From assembly GCF_000011805.1 (NCBI RefSeq), contig NC_006841.2: DNA of 32,000 nucleotides. The stretch is one strand, 5' to 3'. A program made the position numbers and the translations under genes. The stretch is from Aliivibrio fischeri ES114 (GTDB lineage Bacteria; Pseudomonadota; Gammaproteobacteria; Enterobacterales; Vibrionaceae). The notes beneath the pieces are model-generated. The model was not told where the DNA came from. It saw only the letters and a program-made list of their open reading frames with translations, and made no database searches. Each line of letters opens with the position of its first letter. Position 1 is the stretch's first letter. This document shows positions 1 to 7,577 of this stretch, piece after piece.

Positions 1-378
1 GACACATTAGGTCATGATGTGGGTGACGAGGTTTTAAAGAAAACGGCTCAACTGTTAACTGAGACGGTGAGAAGTCGTGATAATGTATTCCGTCTTGGTG
101 GTGATGAGTTTTTAGTTATTGGTCAAGGTATAGCTCAATGTTCAGGGGTGAAAAAGCTAACCTCGAAACTATTAGAGCAGTTTAAGTTTCCCGTAAATAT
201 CGGCAGTGAATCTCTATCTATTTCCCCTAGTGTCGGTGTTGCTATTTATCCTGATGACAGCATTGATGGCGAAGAGCTTATAAAGTTTGCTGACATCGCC
301 ATGTATGAGGCCAAAAAAGATAAAGGCAACTCATATAAAGAGTTTGCCCCTATTATGCTTAAACGAGAAACGGATTGA
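1..378 (+). CDS. Diguanylate cyclase (GGDEF domain), C-terminal fragment; the 5' end lies outside the window
   Basis: The frame is open from the window edge. The translation contains FRLGGDEFLVI (GGDEF motif) preceded by RSRD (RxxD I-site spacing). Stop TGA at 376-378. Confidence 0.85.
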   Translation, partial: DTLGHDVGDEVLKKTAQLLTETVRSRDNVFRLGGDEFLVIGQGIAQCSGVKKLTSKLLEQFKFPVNIGSESLSISPSVGVAIYPDDSIDGEELIKFADIAMYEAKKDKGNSYKEFAPIMLKRETD

Positions 379-2350
379 TTTCTTTTGCTATATGGTAACG
401 ATTTTTTCCTGAAAGTTTAGCATGGTACATGGCCTTATCAGCTTTTTCTAAAGCCTCTTCTAATGGCGTCTGATCGTTACCAGACCAGTAGTATGCTCCA
501 ATACTTGCTGATACATAAGGAATGGCTCCATTAATATGAATAGGGTAGCTAATTGCATTTAAGATACGCTGCAAAATAGCATTAATTTCTTGAGTCGCTA
601 CCCTCGGATTTGTTAAGTACAAACCAAGTAAAAACTCATCGCCAGATAGACGAGCGACAAGATCGTTTTCAAAAACATTATTGGTCAAACGTTGTGAAAT
701 GATTTTCAATAAATCGTCACCACATTGATGCCCATAAGTATCATTTACCGCTTTAAAACCATCTAAATCGAGGAAGATTAGATAAACGGATTTCTGTTTT
801 TTATGTGCATTAAGTAGTTGTTTATAAGCATTTTGACGGTTAGCTAATTGTGTTAACCCATCATGGTTGGCTTCAAAGTTAAGGCGTTGAAGCTCTTTTA
901 CTTGAGTTTGGTCATTAAGTGATATTACAAATGACTCTACTTTATTATCGCCATTTTTGATTAATTTAATGGTTAATAAACAAGGTAACCAATGTGATTT
1001 GTTACCGTGCTTTCTTGAAAAAAACTGACTTGTAACGTCTGTTTGAAGTTTTAAATAACCTACTTTTAGCACTTGTTTTAATACCGATGTATTGAGCTCG
1101 ATAGGCTGACGTAAATGCAGCTGATCTAGATTGGTGATGTTTCCAAATGTTTGAATAAAGGCATTATTTTTAGTCTCTATTACCATTTTTCTTGTTACAA
1201 CAATCACTGAACTTGGATTTTGGTCAAAAATCATTTCAGCCATTCGTTGACGTTGCTCAATGAGATAACGTTGACTGATATCTTCTATATGTACTAATGA
1301 ATTATTTTCACCAGCAATCGGGTAAGTCGATATTTGATATTGCTGTCCTGTACCTTGGTGGCGAAGGGTTGTTGGTTCTAATCGTTGATGGGTTTCGATG
1401 CATTCACGAAGTAGAGTTAATCGGTTGATTGGTTCAAAATCAGACAACAAATTTTCAATATGTTGCTGATTAAGAGAGGTCATTTCATCATTATTGAGCT
1501 GAATTTGAGGCAACAATAAACGAGCTGCTGGATTATGATAAATTACTTTTTTATTAGGTGAGACAACTAATAGCCCTTGATCAAGTGAATCTAGCACTTG
1601 ATTAATGTAATGAGTTTTATCTTCAAGTCTTTGAAATGCCAGTGTTAATTGAGAGTCACGTTGACTTAAGTTATCAAGCATTTCATTAAAGCAATGAGTG
1701 AGCTTTCCAATTTCGTCAGGATGAACAATATGCAGCCTTTGTTCTGTTACCCCTTTTTTGATAACTGTTTGCATTGAATTAAACATGGACAATAAAGGTG
1801 TGGCAATTAATCGGTGTACTCTGTGTGCAAAGAATAACGCTAAAAGTGAGAAGATAACCGTAGTAATTAAGAAAATGGTTAAAATCTGATTGCGTTGTTC
1901 AAACATGCTGTCTTTTGAGGCCCATACTGTCAGATTACCAAGGTGTTCATTATCTAATGTTATTGGGTGTGTAATTGCAAAAAAGACTGAGTGTGAACAT
2001 TGGATATTTCGTTCGTGCCATGAACAGTTTTCAGGCAAGTTATCTAATTTGGCGAAAGGTTCGCTATTAATATGCTCAACTCGAGCAGCGATCACTTCAG
2101 GATCAAAGGACAGTGCATTCATTTGATCTAAACCTGTTTGTTGGTCATTAAAGATCAACGCACCAGATAGATTGCTAGCAATACCTTGAGCGAGAATAGA
2201 CGTACGAGTGTATAAATTAGCACTATGAGTTACTCCCATAAAATGAGCAACACTTGCCCCTAGAATCATTGTACTAAGGGTCAGTAATGTCCAAATAGGG
2301 TAGATGACTTTTTTACGTAACGGTAATGCACTGAACCATTGAAGTATCAT
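359..2350 (-). CDS. Membrane sensor diguanylate cyclase: N-terminal TM + CHASE8-like periplasmic domain + TM + HAMP + PAS-like region + GGDEF domain with an SGDEF variant motif
   Basis: 663-aa ORF. There are two hydrophobic segments (IYPIWTLLTLSTMILGASVA and ILTIFLITTVIFSLLALFFA) flanking about 130 aa whose pattern (LAQGIASNLSGALIFNDQQTGLDQMNAL...PEVIAARV) is typical of CHASE8. The C-terminal part has LIFLDLDGFKAVNDTYGHQCGD...RLSGDEFLL. The ATG overlaps the upstream gene's stop (ATGA). Confidence 0.85.
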   Translation of the reverse strand: MILQWFSALPLRKKVIYPIWTLLTLSTMILGASVAHFMGVTHSANLYTRTSILAQGIASNLSGALIFNDQQTGLDQMNALSFDPEVIAARVEHINSEPFAKLDNLPENCSWHERNIQCSHSVFFAITHPITLDNEHLGNLTVWASKDSMFEQRNQILTIFLITTVIFSLLALFFAHRVHRLIATPLLSMFNSMQTVIKKGVTEQRLHIVHPDEIGKLTHCFNEMLDNLSQRDSQLTLAFQRLEDKTHYINQVLDSLDQGLLVVSPNKKVIYHNPAARLLLPQIQLNNDEMTSLNQQHIENLLSDFEPINRLTLLRECIETHQRLEPTTLRHQGTGQQYQISTYPIAGENNSLVHIEDISQRYLIEQRQRMAEMIFDQNPSSVIVVTRKMVIETKNNAFIQTFGNITNLDQLHLRQPIELNTSVLKQVLKVGYLKLQTDVTSQFFSRKHGNKSHWLPCLLTIKLIKNGDNKVESFVISLNDQTQVKELQRLNFEANHDGLTQLANRQNAYKQLLNAHKKQKSVYLIFLDLDGFKAVNDTYGHQCGDDLLKIISQRLTNNVFENDLVARLSGDEFLLGLYLTNPRVATQEINAILQRILNAISYPIHINGAIPYVSASIGAYYWSGNDQTPLEEALEKADKAMYHAKLSGKNRYHIAKEINPFLV

Positions 2351-2946
2351 AATGACCCCTCATTGGTTGCTATTTCAGATACAGATAATAATTGTGAACG
2401 AAGAGAAAGCTCTGTTGGCTTAATATTATGTAAACTGATCAAAGGTTTAATTCTATTATTTACTTTAATGAAAGCAATCATTCCACCTGCTGTAATAAAC
2501 GGCTGGCCATCACCGATTAACAGTGCGTGTGGTTGCGAGATTTTAAATGTATTGATAATGCTAGGGTCTTGAGTCGAGAGATAAATGACATGGCATGTTT
2601 CTCGTTCGAGATCTTTTACGGATGAATAGGGAATATAGTTAGCTTGTGTTGGTTTTTTGGTTATCAATGCTTGTAATGTATTACTGACATCTAGATCTAA
2701 TTCACTGCAGAAATTAAATTGTTTATTGCTTGGGGCGAACTCACCCCAAGAGGTTAAAAAAGCAAAACGAAATAAATAAACTGCTTTCAAATTATGATCT
2801 TGAATGTTGTTATCGTCAGCTTTGAGATTAAAACTTATAAGTAAAAGCAGCAGGCAGCCTATTACTTTAGAGCATAGCCCATAAAATAATGGTGTGGGTG
2901 AGTTTGCCTGTGCTTTTGTTTTGAACATGGCTATATAAAATTCCAA
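2347..2946 (-). CDS. YfiR-like periplasmic protein (DUF4154 family)
   Basis: 199-aa ORF with a signal-peptide-like N-terminus (CLLLLLISFNLKA/DD) and the motif LKAVYLFRFAFLTSW, typical of YfiR/DUF4154. An alternative start at Met7 (nt 2928) would remove the 16-nt overlap with the TBDR gene. The stop overlaps the DGC start by 4 nt. Confidence 0.7.
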   Translation of the reverse strand: MEFYIAMFKTKAQANSPTPLFYGLCSKVIGCLLLLLISFNLKADDNNIQDHNLKAVYLFRFAFLTSWGEFAPSNKQFNFCSELDLDVSNTLQALITKKPTQANYIPYSSVKDLERETCHVIYLSTQDPSIINTFKISQPHALLIGDGQPFITAGGMIAFIKVNNRIKPLISLHNIKPTELSLRSQLLSVSEIATNEGSL

Positions 2947-5114
2947 CTTAATTCAGCATAGTATTGAGTACCATTTGCAAATGGCCCAAATTGCTCTGGG
3001 TATTCTTTTAATTGGTCACTACCTAGGTTCTCAGCACTTAATTTTATGCTTGGCCATGTTGGTTTATGTTGCCAATTAATCGACATATCAATCGTAACGA
3101 CTTCTGGCCAGATCGTATAATCGTCACCATAAGATTGATATGCTTGAATTAATGCTTCGTCAGGTTCTGATGCTGAAACATAATTCACTACTGATGAAAC
3201 CCAAACTGTTGGATGAATATCCCACATCACGTGCAGTGTGGCATAGTGATGAGGCGTATTTTCTAGATCTAAAATAGGCAATTCATTTGAACCGCAGATA
3301 GAGCCGTTACAATCTCCCTCGATTGTCTTATAGCTGTAATTGGCATTGATTTGCAAGACATCGATTGGTTGCCATTGGATACTCACCTCTCCTCCCATAG
3401 TTTCTTGGGAGAGAGGGTCAACTAATTGAGCAAACATATCATCAATAATTGTGCCGCTAGAATGCTGAGAGCTATCAGGTGTAAAGTATCGACTTCCTCC
3501 GAGACCTCTATAAGCTCTAACATTATCATGCTGACTATAGAATAGGCTTAGGCTTACTTGGAATTGATTATCTTGCCAATAACGGTAACCAATTTCATAC
3601 GTATCGACAGATTCCATGTCTAAATCACGATTACCTAAGTAATGATAGGACATCATGTAGTCATAATAATTTACACTACCATCAGGATTGACGGTATAAG
3701 CACAACTACTGCAATAACTGTTTTTTTGAAACTGTGTATCTAGCTCTAAACGAGAAGGTGTAATGACTGCTCGACCCCAACCCATCCATAAACGTTGGTT
3801 GTCCGTTAATTTTTGTAATGCGCGAACTTGAGGTTGTGAGTACCACTCTTCAGTGATATTGGCATATTGAATACGATTGCCTAGTGTGATTTCTGTTGAA
3901 TCAGTTACATCAACAGCCCAGTTTGCATAAAAACCATAGCTTTGGTTTAAGAACTTATGATCATCAATGGTGCGAATATAAGGTGAGAAGTACTGCTCTT
4001 TTTCAGAGAATTGAGCGTATTCTTCATCAATAATACGAGCATTTGCACCAAGTGTTAATATTCCCCAATCTTGAGTATTAAAGGTGTAACGAGTATCAAG
4101 ATCAATGCGAGTAAAACTTGCTGGTTCATTGGTGCTATCAGATTCACTATGAGTAACCCATAGTTGGTTTTCCCATTGGTTACCGTTTAGTTTTTCGTGA
4201 AGGTATTGGAAACCTGCAAATAACTCTTGTGAGTTCATTTCAGTTAAAAACACATCATAGTCATTTTTATGTGTCGTAGGATCAAGAAAAGCAGGAGTAT
4301 AAGTTAGCCACTGATAATCTTCACGAGACTGGATCCCGCCAAACTGAACAGAAACCGTATTTTGTAAGTTTTGGTAATCAGCGCGCATCCCAAAACGTTC
4401 GGTTAATACTTTTAGGTGTCTAAGCTCTTTAAAATGTTCATCAGTATCAGTAAACGGTGAGTGTTGTAATGATTCAATATAGCCAGATAAATGCGTGTTT
4501 TCGCTAATTTGACCGCTGTGGTGAGCTTTAAACTCTTTGTAGTCAAAATTACCTGTTGAAGCACTTAATTGTGCTTTAGGTGCGCTTTCTGCATCTTTTG
4601 TAATGATATTTATGACACCATTAACCGCGTTTCCTCCCCACATTGTACCTACAGGGCCTAAGACCACTTCAATACGGTCAATACTATCTAGGCTGACAGG
4701 TAAAGTATCCCAGTTAACACCAGAGTACATTGGGTTAACGGCACTTCGGCCATCTATCATGACTAAAAGCGTATTATTTTCACCTTGGTTTTTACTGCGA
4801 GCTGAAACGGTCCAGTCGTAATCGGAAAATTTGGCAACATGAAGCCCTGGAGCAAGAATTAATACATCGGCAATAGAACGGGCACTAGAACGTTCTATTT
4901 CTTTGGAAGTGATTACATGAACAGAAGCTGGAACATCTGACAGACTAAGTGATGTTTTGGTTGCAGTGACGACTTTCGTATCGGCTAGCGATTCAAGTGG
5001 CATATTGAGTAATGCATCAAGATCATCAAATTCATTATCTATGTTTGCGATAACGGGTGAAGACACAAAGATACATAAAGCATACAAAAATGGAGCACGA
5101 GATAGCATCGACAT
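2931..5114 (-). CDS. TonB-dependent outer-membrane receptor
   Basis: 727 aa. It has a signal peptide (ALCIFVSSPVIA/N) and a plug-domain pattern (ESLADTKVVTATKTSLSLSDVPASVHVITSKEIERSSARSIADVLILAPGLHV ... IDRIEVVLGPVGTMWGGNAVNGVINIITK). This is followed by a long beta-barrel-like sequence rich in Y/W/N that ends in an aromatic-rich terminus (ELSWNFI). Confidence 0.85.
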   Translation of the reverse strand: MSMLSRAPFLYALCIFVSSPVIANIDNEFDDLDALLNMPLESLADTKVVTATKTSLSLSDVPASVHVITSKEIERSSARSIADVLILAPGLHVAKFSDYDWTVSARSKNQGENNTLLVMIDGRSAVNPMYSGVNWDTLPVSLDSIDRIEVVLGPVGTMWGGNAVNGVINIITKDAESAPKAQLSASTGNFDYKEFKAHHSGQISENTHLSGYIESLQHSPFTDTDEHFKELRHLKVLTERFGMRADYQNLQNTVSVQFGGIQSREDYQWLTYTPAFLDPTTHKNDYDVFLTEMNSQELFAGFQYLHEKLNGNQWENQLWVTHSESDSTNEPASFTRIDLDTRYTFNTQDWGILTLGANARIIDEEYAQFSEKEQYFSPYIRTIDDHKFLNQSYGFYANWAVDVTDSTEITLGNRIQYANITEEWYSQPQVRALQKLTDNQRLWMGWGRAVITPSRLELDTQFQKNSYCSSCAYTVNPDGSVNYYDYMMSYHYLGNRDLDMESVDTYEIGYRYWQDNQFQVSLSLFYSQHDNVRAYRGLGGSRYFTPDSSQHSSGTIIDDMFAQLVDPLSQETMGGEVSIQWQPIDVLQINANYSYKTIEGDCNGSICGSNELPILDLENTPHHYATLHVMWDIHPTVWVSSVVNYVSASEPDEALIQAYQSYGDDYTIWPEVVTIDMSINWQHKPTWPSIKLSAENLGSDQLKEYPEQFGPFANGTQYYAELSWNFI

Positions 5115-5322
5115 GATATTGAATTAACACCAAATATAACTGAAATAAATATAAGGTATTAACTGAATACCCATTTTGTATATTTTGATGTAATTCTTAA
5201 GTTTAAGATAATGTTAGGAAAGAGATTTACGAGTTAACTCTGTATTTGTGTAATTTATTTCATCATACAGACGTGAAATTAGAATGTAATAAAAAAACAT
5301 TATGAGTTAATAAAAGAATATT

Positions 5323-5338
5323 AGTGATCTAAATCACC
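5323..5338. promoter_or_regulatory. Candidate CRP (cAMP receptor protein) binding site
   Basis: AGTGATCTAAATCACC matches the consensus core TGTGATCTAGATCACA at 13/16 positions, with both GTGA/TCAC half-sites intact and correct 6-bp spacing. It lies in the 558-bp divergent intergenic region between the TBDR operon and cmtB. Confidence 0.4.
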
Positions 5339-5418
5339 TATGATGATGTGCTAAATAATAGTGTTTAAAAAATAAAATAAATATCTAATCACACTTTAAA
5401 GCTTGTCAATTATCCAAG

Positions 5419-5434
5419 TGTGATTTTAATCATA
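5419..5434. promoter_or_regulatory. Candidate CRP binding site upstream of cmtB
   Basis: TGTGATTTTAATCATA matches the CRP core at 12/16 positions. The left half-site is perfect and the spacing is correct. It lies about 240 bp upstream of the cmtB ATG. Confidence 0.35.
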
Positions 5435-5672
5435 AAAAATAAGTTTTAATATTTATATTAATATGTGGGTTATATCAAATTTAATCTATTGAAATGTAGC
5501 AAAACTAAAATTTGTATAAATATTACTTATTTGTTTTGTGAGATTTGTTCTTTCTTTCCTATTGACTGTGATTATTTTGAGTTATCGATCACAAAATGTC
5601 ATCTATTGCCGACTGCCATCTTCTATATTGATAATAGTTTTATCAAATACAGACCAAGAAGAAGGCTCGCTC

Positions 5673-6116
5673 ATGCTATACGATTTAATTGATCATGATT
5701 TAATTGATGTTGTTAATCACGATATTGATGCGTGGGAAGACGCAGTAAAAACAACAACGCGTTACTTAGAACAAAAAGGGTACGTAACTGCAAATTATGC
5801 CGATGCTATTATTCAATCGACATATGATAATGGCCCATATTATGTACTTTGTCCAGGTATCGCTATGCCTCATGCCCGTCCTGAGGCAGGGGTGATAAAA
5901 ACAGGATTAGGCATTCATATATTCCCATCAGCCATCGAGTTTGGCTCTGATCTTGGTCCTGCCAATATATTACTTACCTTAGCTGCAAAAGATTCAGATA
6001 CACATATTGAAGTCATTCAAGCATTGAGTGAGATGCTTGTCGATGAAGAAAACATTGCAAAATTAACCGCAGCAACTTCAAAAAATGAAGTGCTTGATAT
6101 TATTAAAGCATATTAA
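5673..6116 (+). CDS. cmtB: PTS EIIA component, mannitol/fructose (EIIA-2) family, CmtB-like
   Basis: I chose ATG 5673, preceded by AGAAGAAGG, rather than the ORF-track start at 5538. The translation ...NGPYYVLCPGIAMPHARPEAGVIKTG...IQALSEML... aligns by eye along its length with E. coli CmtB, including the phosphorylatable His in the MPHARPE motif. Confidence 0.85.
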   Translation: MLYDLIDHDLIDVVNHDIDAWEDAVKTTTRYLEQKGYVTANYADAIIQSTYDNGPYYVLCPGIAMPHARPEAGVIKTGLGIHIFPSAIEFGSDLGPANILLTLAAKDSDTHIEVIQALSEMLVDEENIAKLTAATSKNEVLDIIKAY

Positions 6117-6129
6117 GAAAGGATATCTC

Positions 6130-7527
6130 ATGAACGCTAGAGCAAAAGTGCAAGCCTTCGGTGGTCATTTGACCGCGATGGTATTGCCAAACATCGGAGC
6201 CTTTATTGCATGGGGCTTTATTACTGCGTTATTTATTCCAACTGGTTGGATGCCAAATGAACAGTTTGGTGAAATCGTTGGCCCTATGATTACTTATTTA
6301 TTGCCGTTACTTATCGGCTATACCGGTGGACAGCTCGTCGGTGATAAACGAGGTGCTGTCGCTGGTGCTATCGGTACGATGGGTGTCATCGTTGGTGCTG
6401 ATATTCCTATGTTCGTTGGTGCCATGATCATGGGACCTGTGAGTGCATGGGCGATTGTTCAGTTTGATAAACGAGTTGAACACAAAATCCCATCAGGTTT
6501 TGAAATGGTGGTAAACAACTTCTCTCTTGGCATCATAGGTATGATCTGTTGCTTGGTGGCATATGAGATTGTAGGACCTGCAGTAACTGCGGCGAATTTA
6601 TTTGTAAAATCGGGTATCGAAGCTTTAGTAGCTACTGGCTTCCTTCCTTTACTTGCAGTCATTAATGAACCTGCAAAAGTTCTCTTTTTAAATAACGCTA
6701 TCGACCAAGGTATTTATTACCCACTAGGCTTACAAGCGGCAGCTGAAACTGGGAAATCTATTTTCTTCATGGTGGCATCTAACCCTGGACCTGGTTTAGG
6801 TATGTTGTTGGCTTATGCGAAATTTGGTCAAGGGTTAAGTAAACGCTCTGCGCCAAGTGCAATTATTATTCATTTCTTTGGTGGTATTCATGAGCTGTAT
6901 TTCCCTTACGTTCTAATGAAGCCAATTATGATTGTTGCAATGATTGCCGGTGCAGCAACAGGTATTGCTACATTCAATTTACTGGATGCTGGTTTGGTTG
7001 CTGGTCCAAGTCCGGGCTCTATTTTCTCTTATTTAGCATTAACACCAAAAGGCAGCTTTATCGCGATGCTTGCGGGCGTAGCAAGTGCCACGGTTGTTTC
7101 ATTCCTTGTTGCCAGTGCAATTCTGAAAATGAGCAAGAAAGAACAATCTGAAGATGAATTTGAGCAATCGGTTATCGATATGAAAGACATGAAAGCCGAA
7201 GGTAAAGCACAGCCTCAAGCATCAGTAGAAAAAACAGGTATGCAACCAATTAAATTTATCGCTTTTGCTTGTGATGCGGGAATGGGTTCAAGTGCAATGG
7301 GTGCCTCAACCTTTAAGAGAAAGCTAGTTAAAGCTGGTTATGACATTGAGGTTAAGAACTTCGCGATAGAAAAAGTACCAAGTGATGCGGATGTTGTTGT
7401 CACTCATGAAAGCTTAGAAGAGCGTGCAATTAAAGCAACAGGATTACCTGTGATAACGATTACCAACTTTCTTAATGACCCAGCACTTAACGAGTTACTT
7501 AATACGATTGAGACACAACAGGCTTAA
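6130..7527 (+). CDS. cmtA: PTS mannitol-family EIICB permease (CmtA/MtlA-like, no fused EIIA)
   Basis: Start ATG 6130, with RBS AAGAAAGGA upstream. The translation shows VQAFGGHLTAMVLPNIGAFIAWGFITALFIPTGW...LLPLLIGYTGG...EPAKVLFLNNAIDQGIY...IHELYFPYVLM and a C-terminal EIIB motif ACDAGMGSSAMGAS. Similarity to E. coli MtlA/CmtA is very close. Confidence 0.9.
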   Translation: MNARAKVQAFGGHLTAMVLPNIGAFIAWGFITALFIPTGWMPNEQFGEIVGPMITYLLPLLIGYTGGQLVGDKRGAVAGAIGTMGVIVGADIPMFVGAMIMGPVSAWAIVQFDKRVEHKIPSGFEMVVNNFSLGIIGMICCLVAYEIVGPAVTAANLFVKSGIEALVATGFLPLLAVINEPAKVLFLNNAIDQGIYYPLGLQAAAETGKSIFFMVASNPGPGLGMLLAYAKFGQGLSKRSAPSAIIIHFFGGIHELYFPYVLMKPIMIVAMIAGAATGIATFNLLDAGLVAGPSPGSIFSYLALTPKGSFIAMLAGVASATVVSFLVASAILKMSKKEQSEDEFEQSVIDMKDMKAEGKAQPQASVEKTGMQPIKFIAFACDAGMGSSAMGASTFKRKLVKAGYDIEVKNFAIEKVPSDADVVVTHESLEERAIKATGLPVITITNFLNDPALNELLNTIETQQA

Positions 7528-7540
7528 CGATATTTATTTC

Positions 7541-7561
7541 TGGGGGATGGTATGTCCCCCA
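7541..7561 (+). other. Intercistronic GC-rich stem-loop between cmtA and yggP
   Basis: TGGGGGA (7541-7547) pairs with TCCCCCA (7555-7561) around a 7-nt loop. No U-tract follows, and the SD AGGAG of the next gene begins 3 nt later. Confidence 0.4.
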
Positions 7562-7577
7562 AGTAGGAGAAAAAATT

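Noticed and set aside
1890-2572. Plus-strand ORFs 1890-2126 and 2339-2572, opposite the DGC and YfiR-like genes. Similar shadow ORFs occur at 4603-4821, 6459-6662, 8599-8814, 11994-12236, 13314-13526, 13783-13986, 16312-16617 and 17569-17766.
   Set aside because: Each lies wholly within a well-supported gene on the other strand or in another frame, and none has a recognisable motif or RBS.
5207-5225. A possible Fur box upstream of the TonB-dependent receptor (GATAATGTTAGGAAAGAGA).
   Set aside because: Only the first 7 nt and about 2 further positions match the 19-bp Fur consensus, roughly a half box. This is not enough to claim iron regulation.
5577-5603. TGTGAT-N15-ATCACA inverted repeat in the cmtB leader region.
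   Set aside because: The spacing is wrong for CRP, the arms are only 6 bp, and the loop is too large and AT-rich for a stable RNA hairpin. It is probably chance.
5538-5672. The 45-codon N-terminal extension of the cmtB ORF as given in the ORF track (MRFVLSFLLTVIIL...).
   Set aside because: The extension runs through AT-rich intergenic-type sequence and has no resemblance to EIIA proteins. ATG 5673 has a purine-rich RBS and gives a 147-aa product colinear with CmtB.
5465-5692. A 75-aa ORF in the TBDR/cmtB intergenic region.
   Set aside because: Its composition is low-complexity and AT-driven (I/F/K/N/Y/C rich). It has no RBS and it runs into the cmtB start. It is most likely a chance ORF.
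6085-6129. The upstream start for cmtA (MKCLILLKHIKKGYL...), which overlaps the end of cmtB.
   Set aside because: Homology to MtlA/CmtA begins at MNARAKVQAFGG (ATG 6130), which has its own RBS. The extra 15 codons lie inside cmtB.
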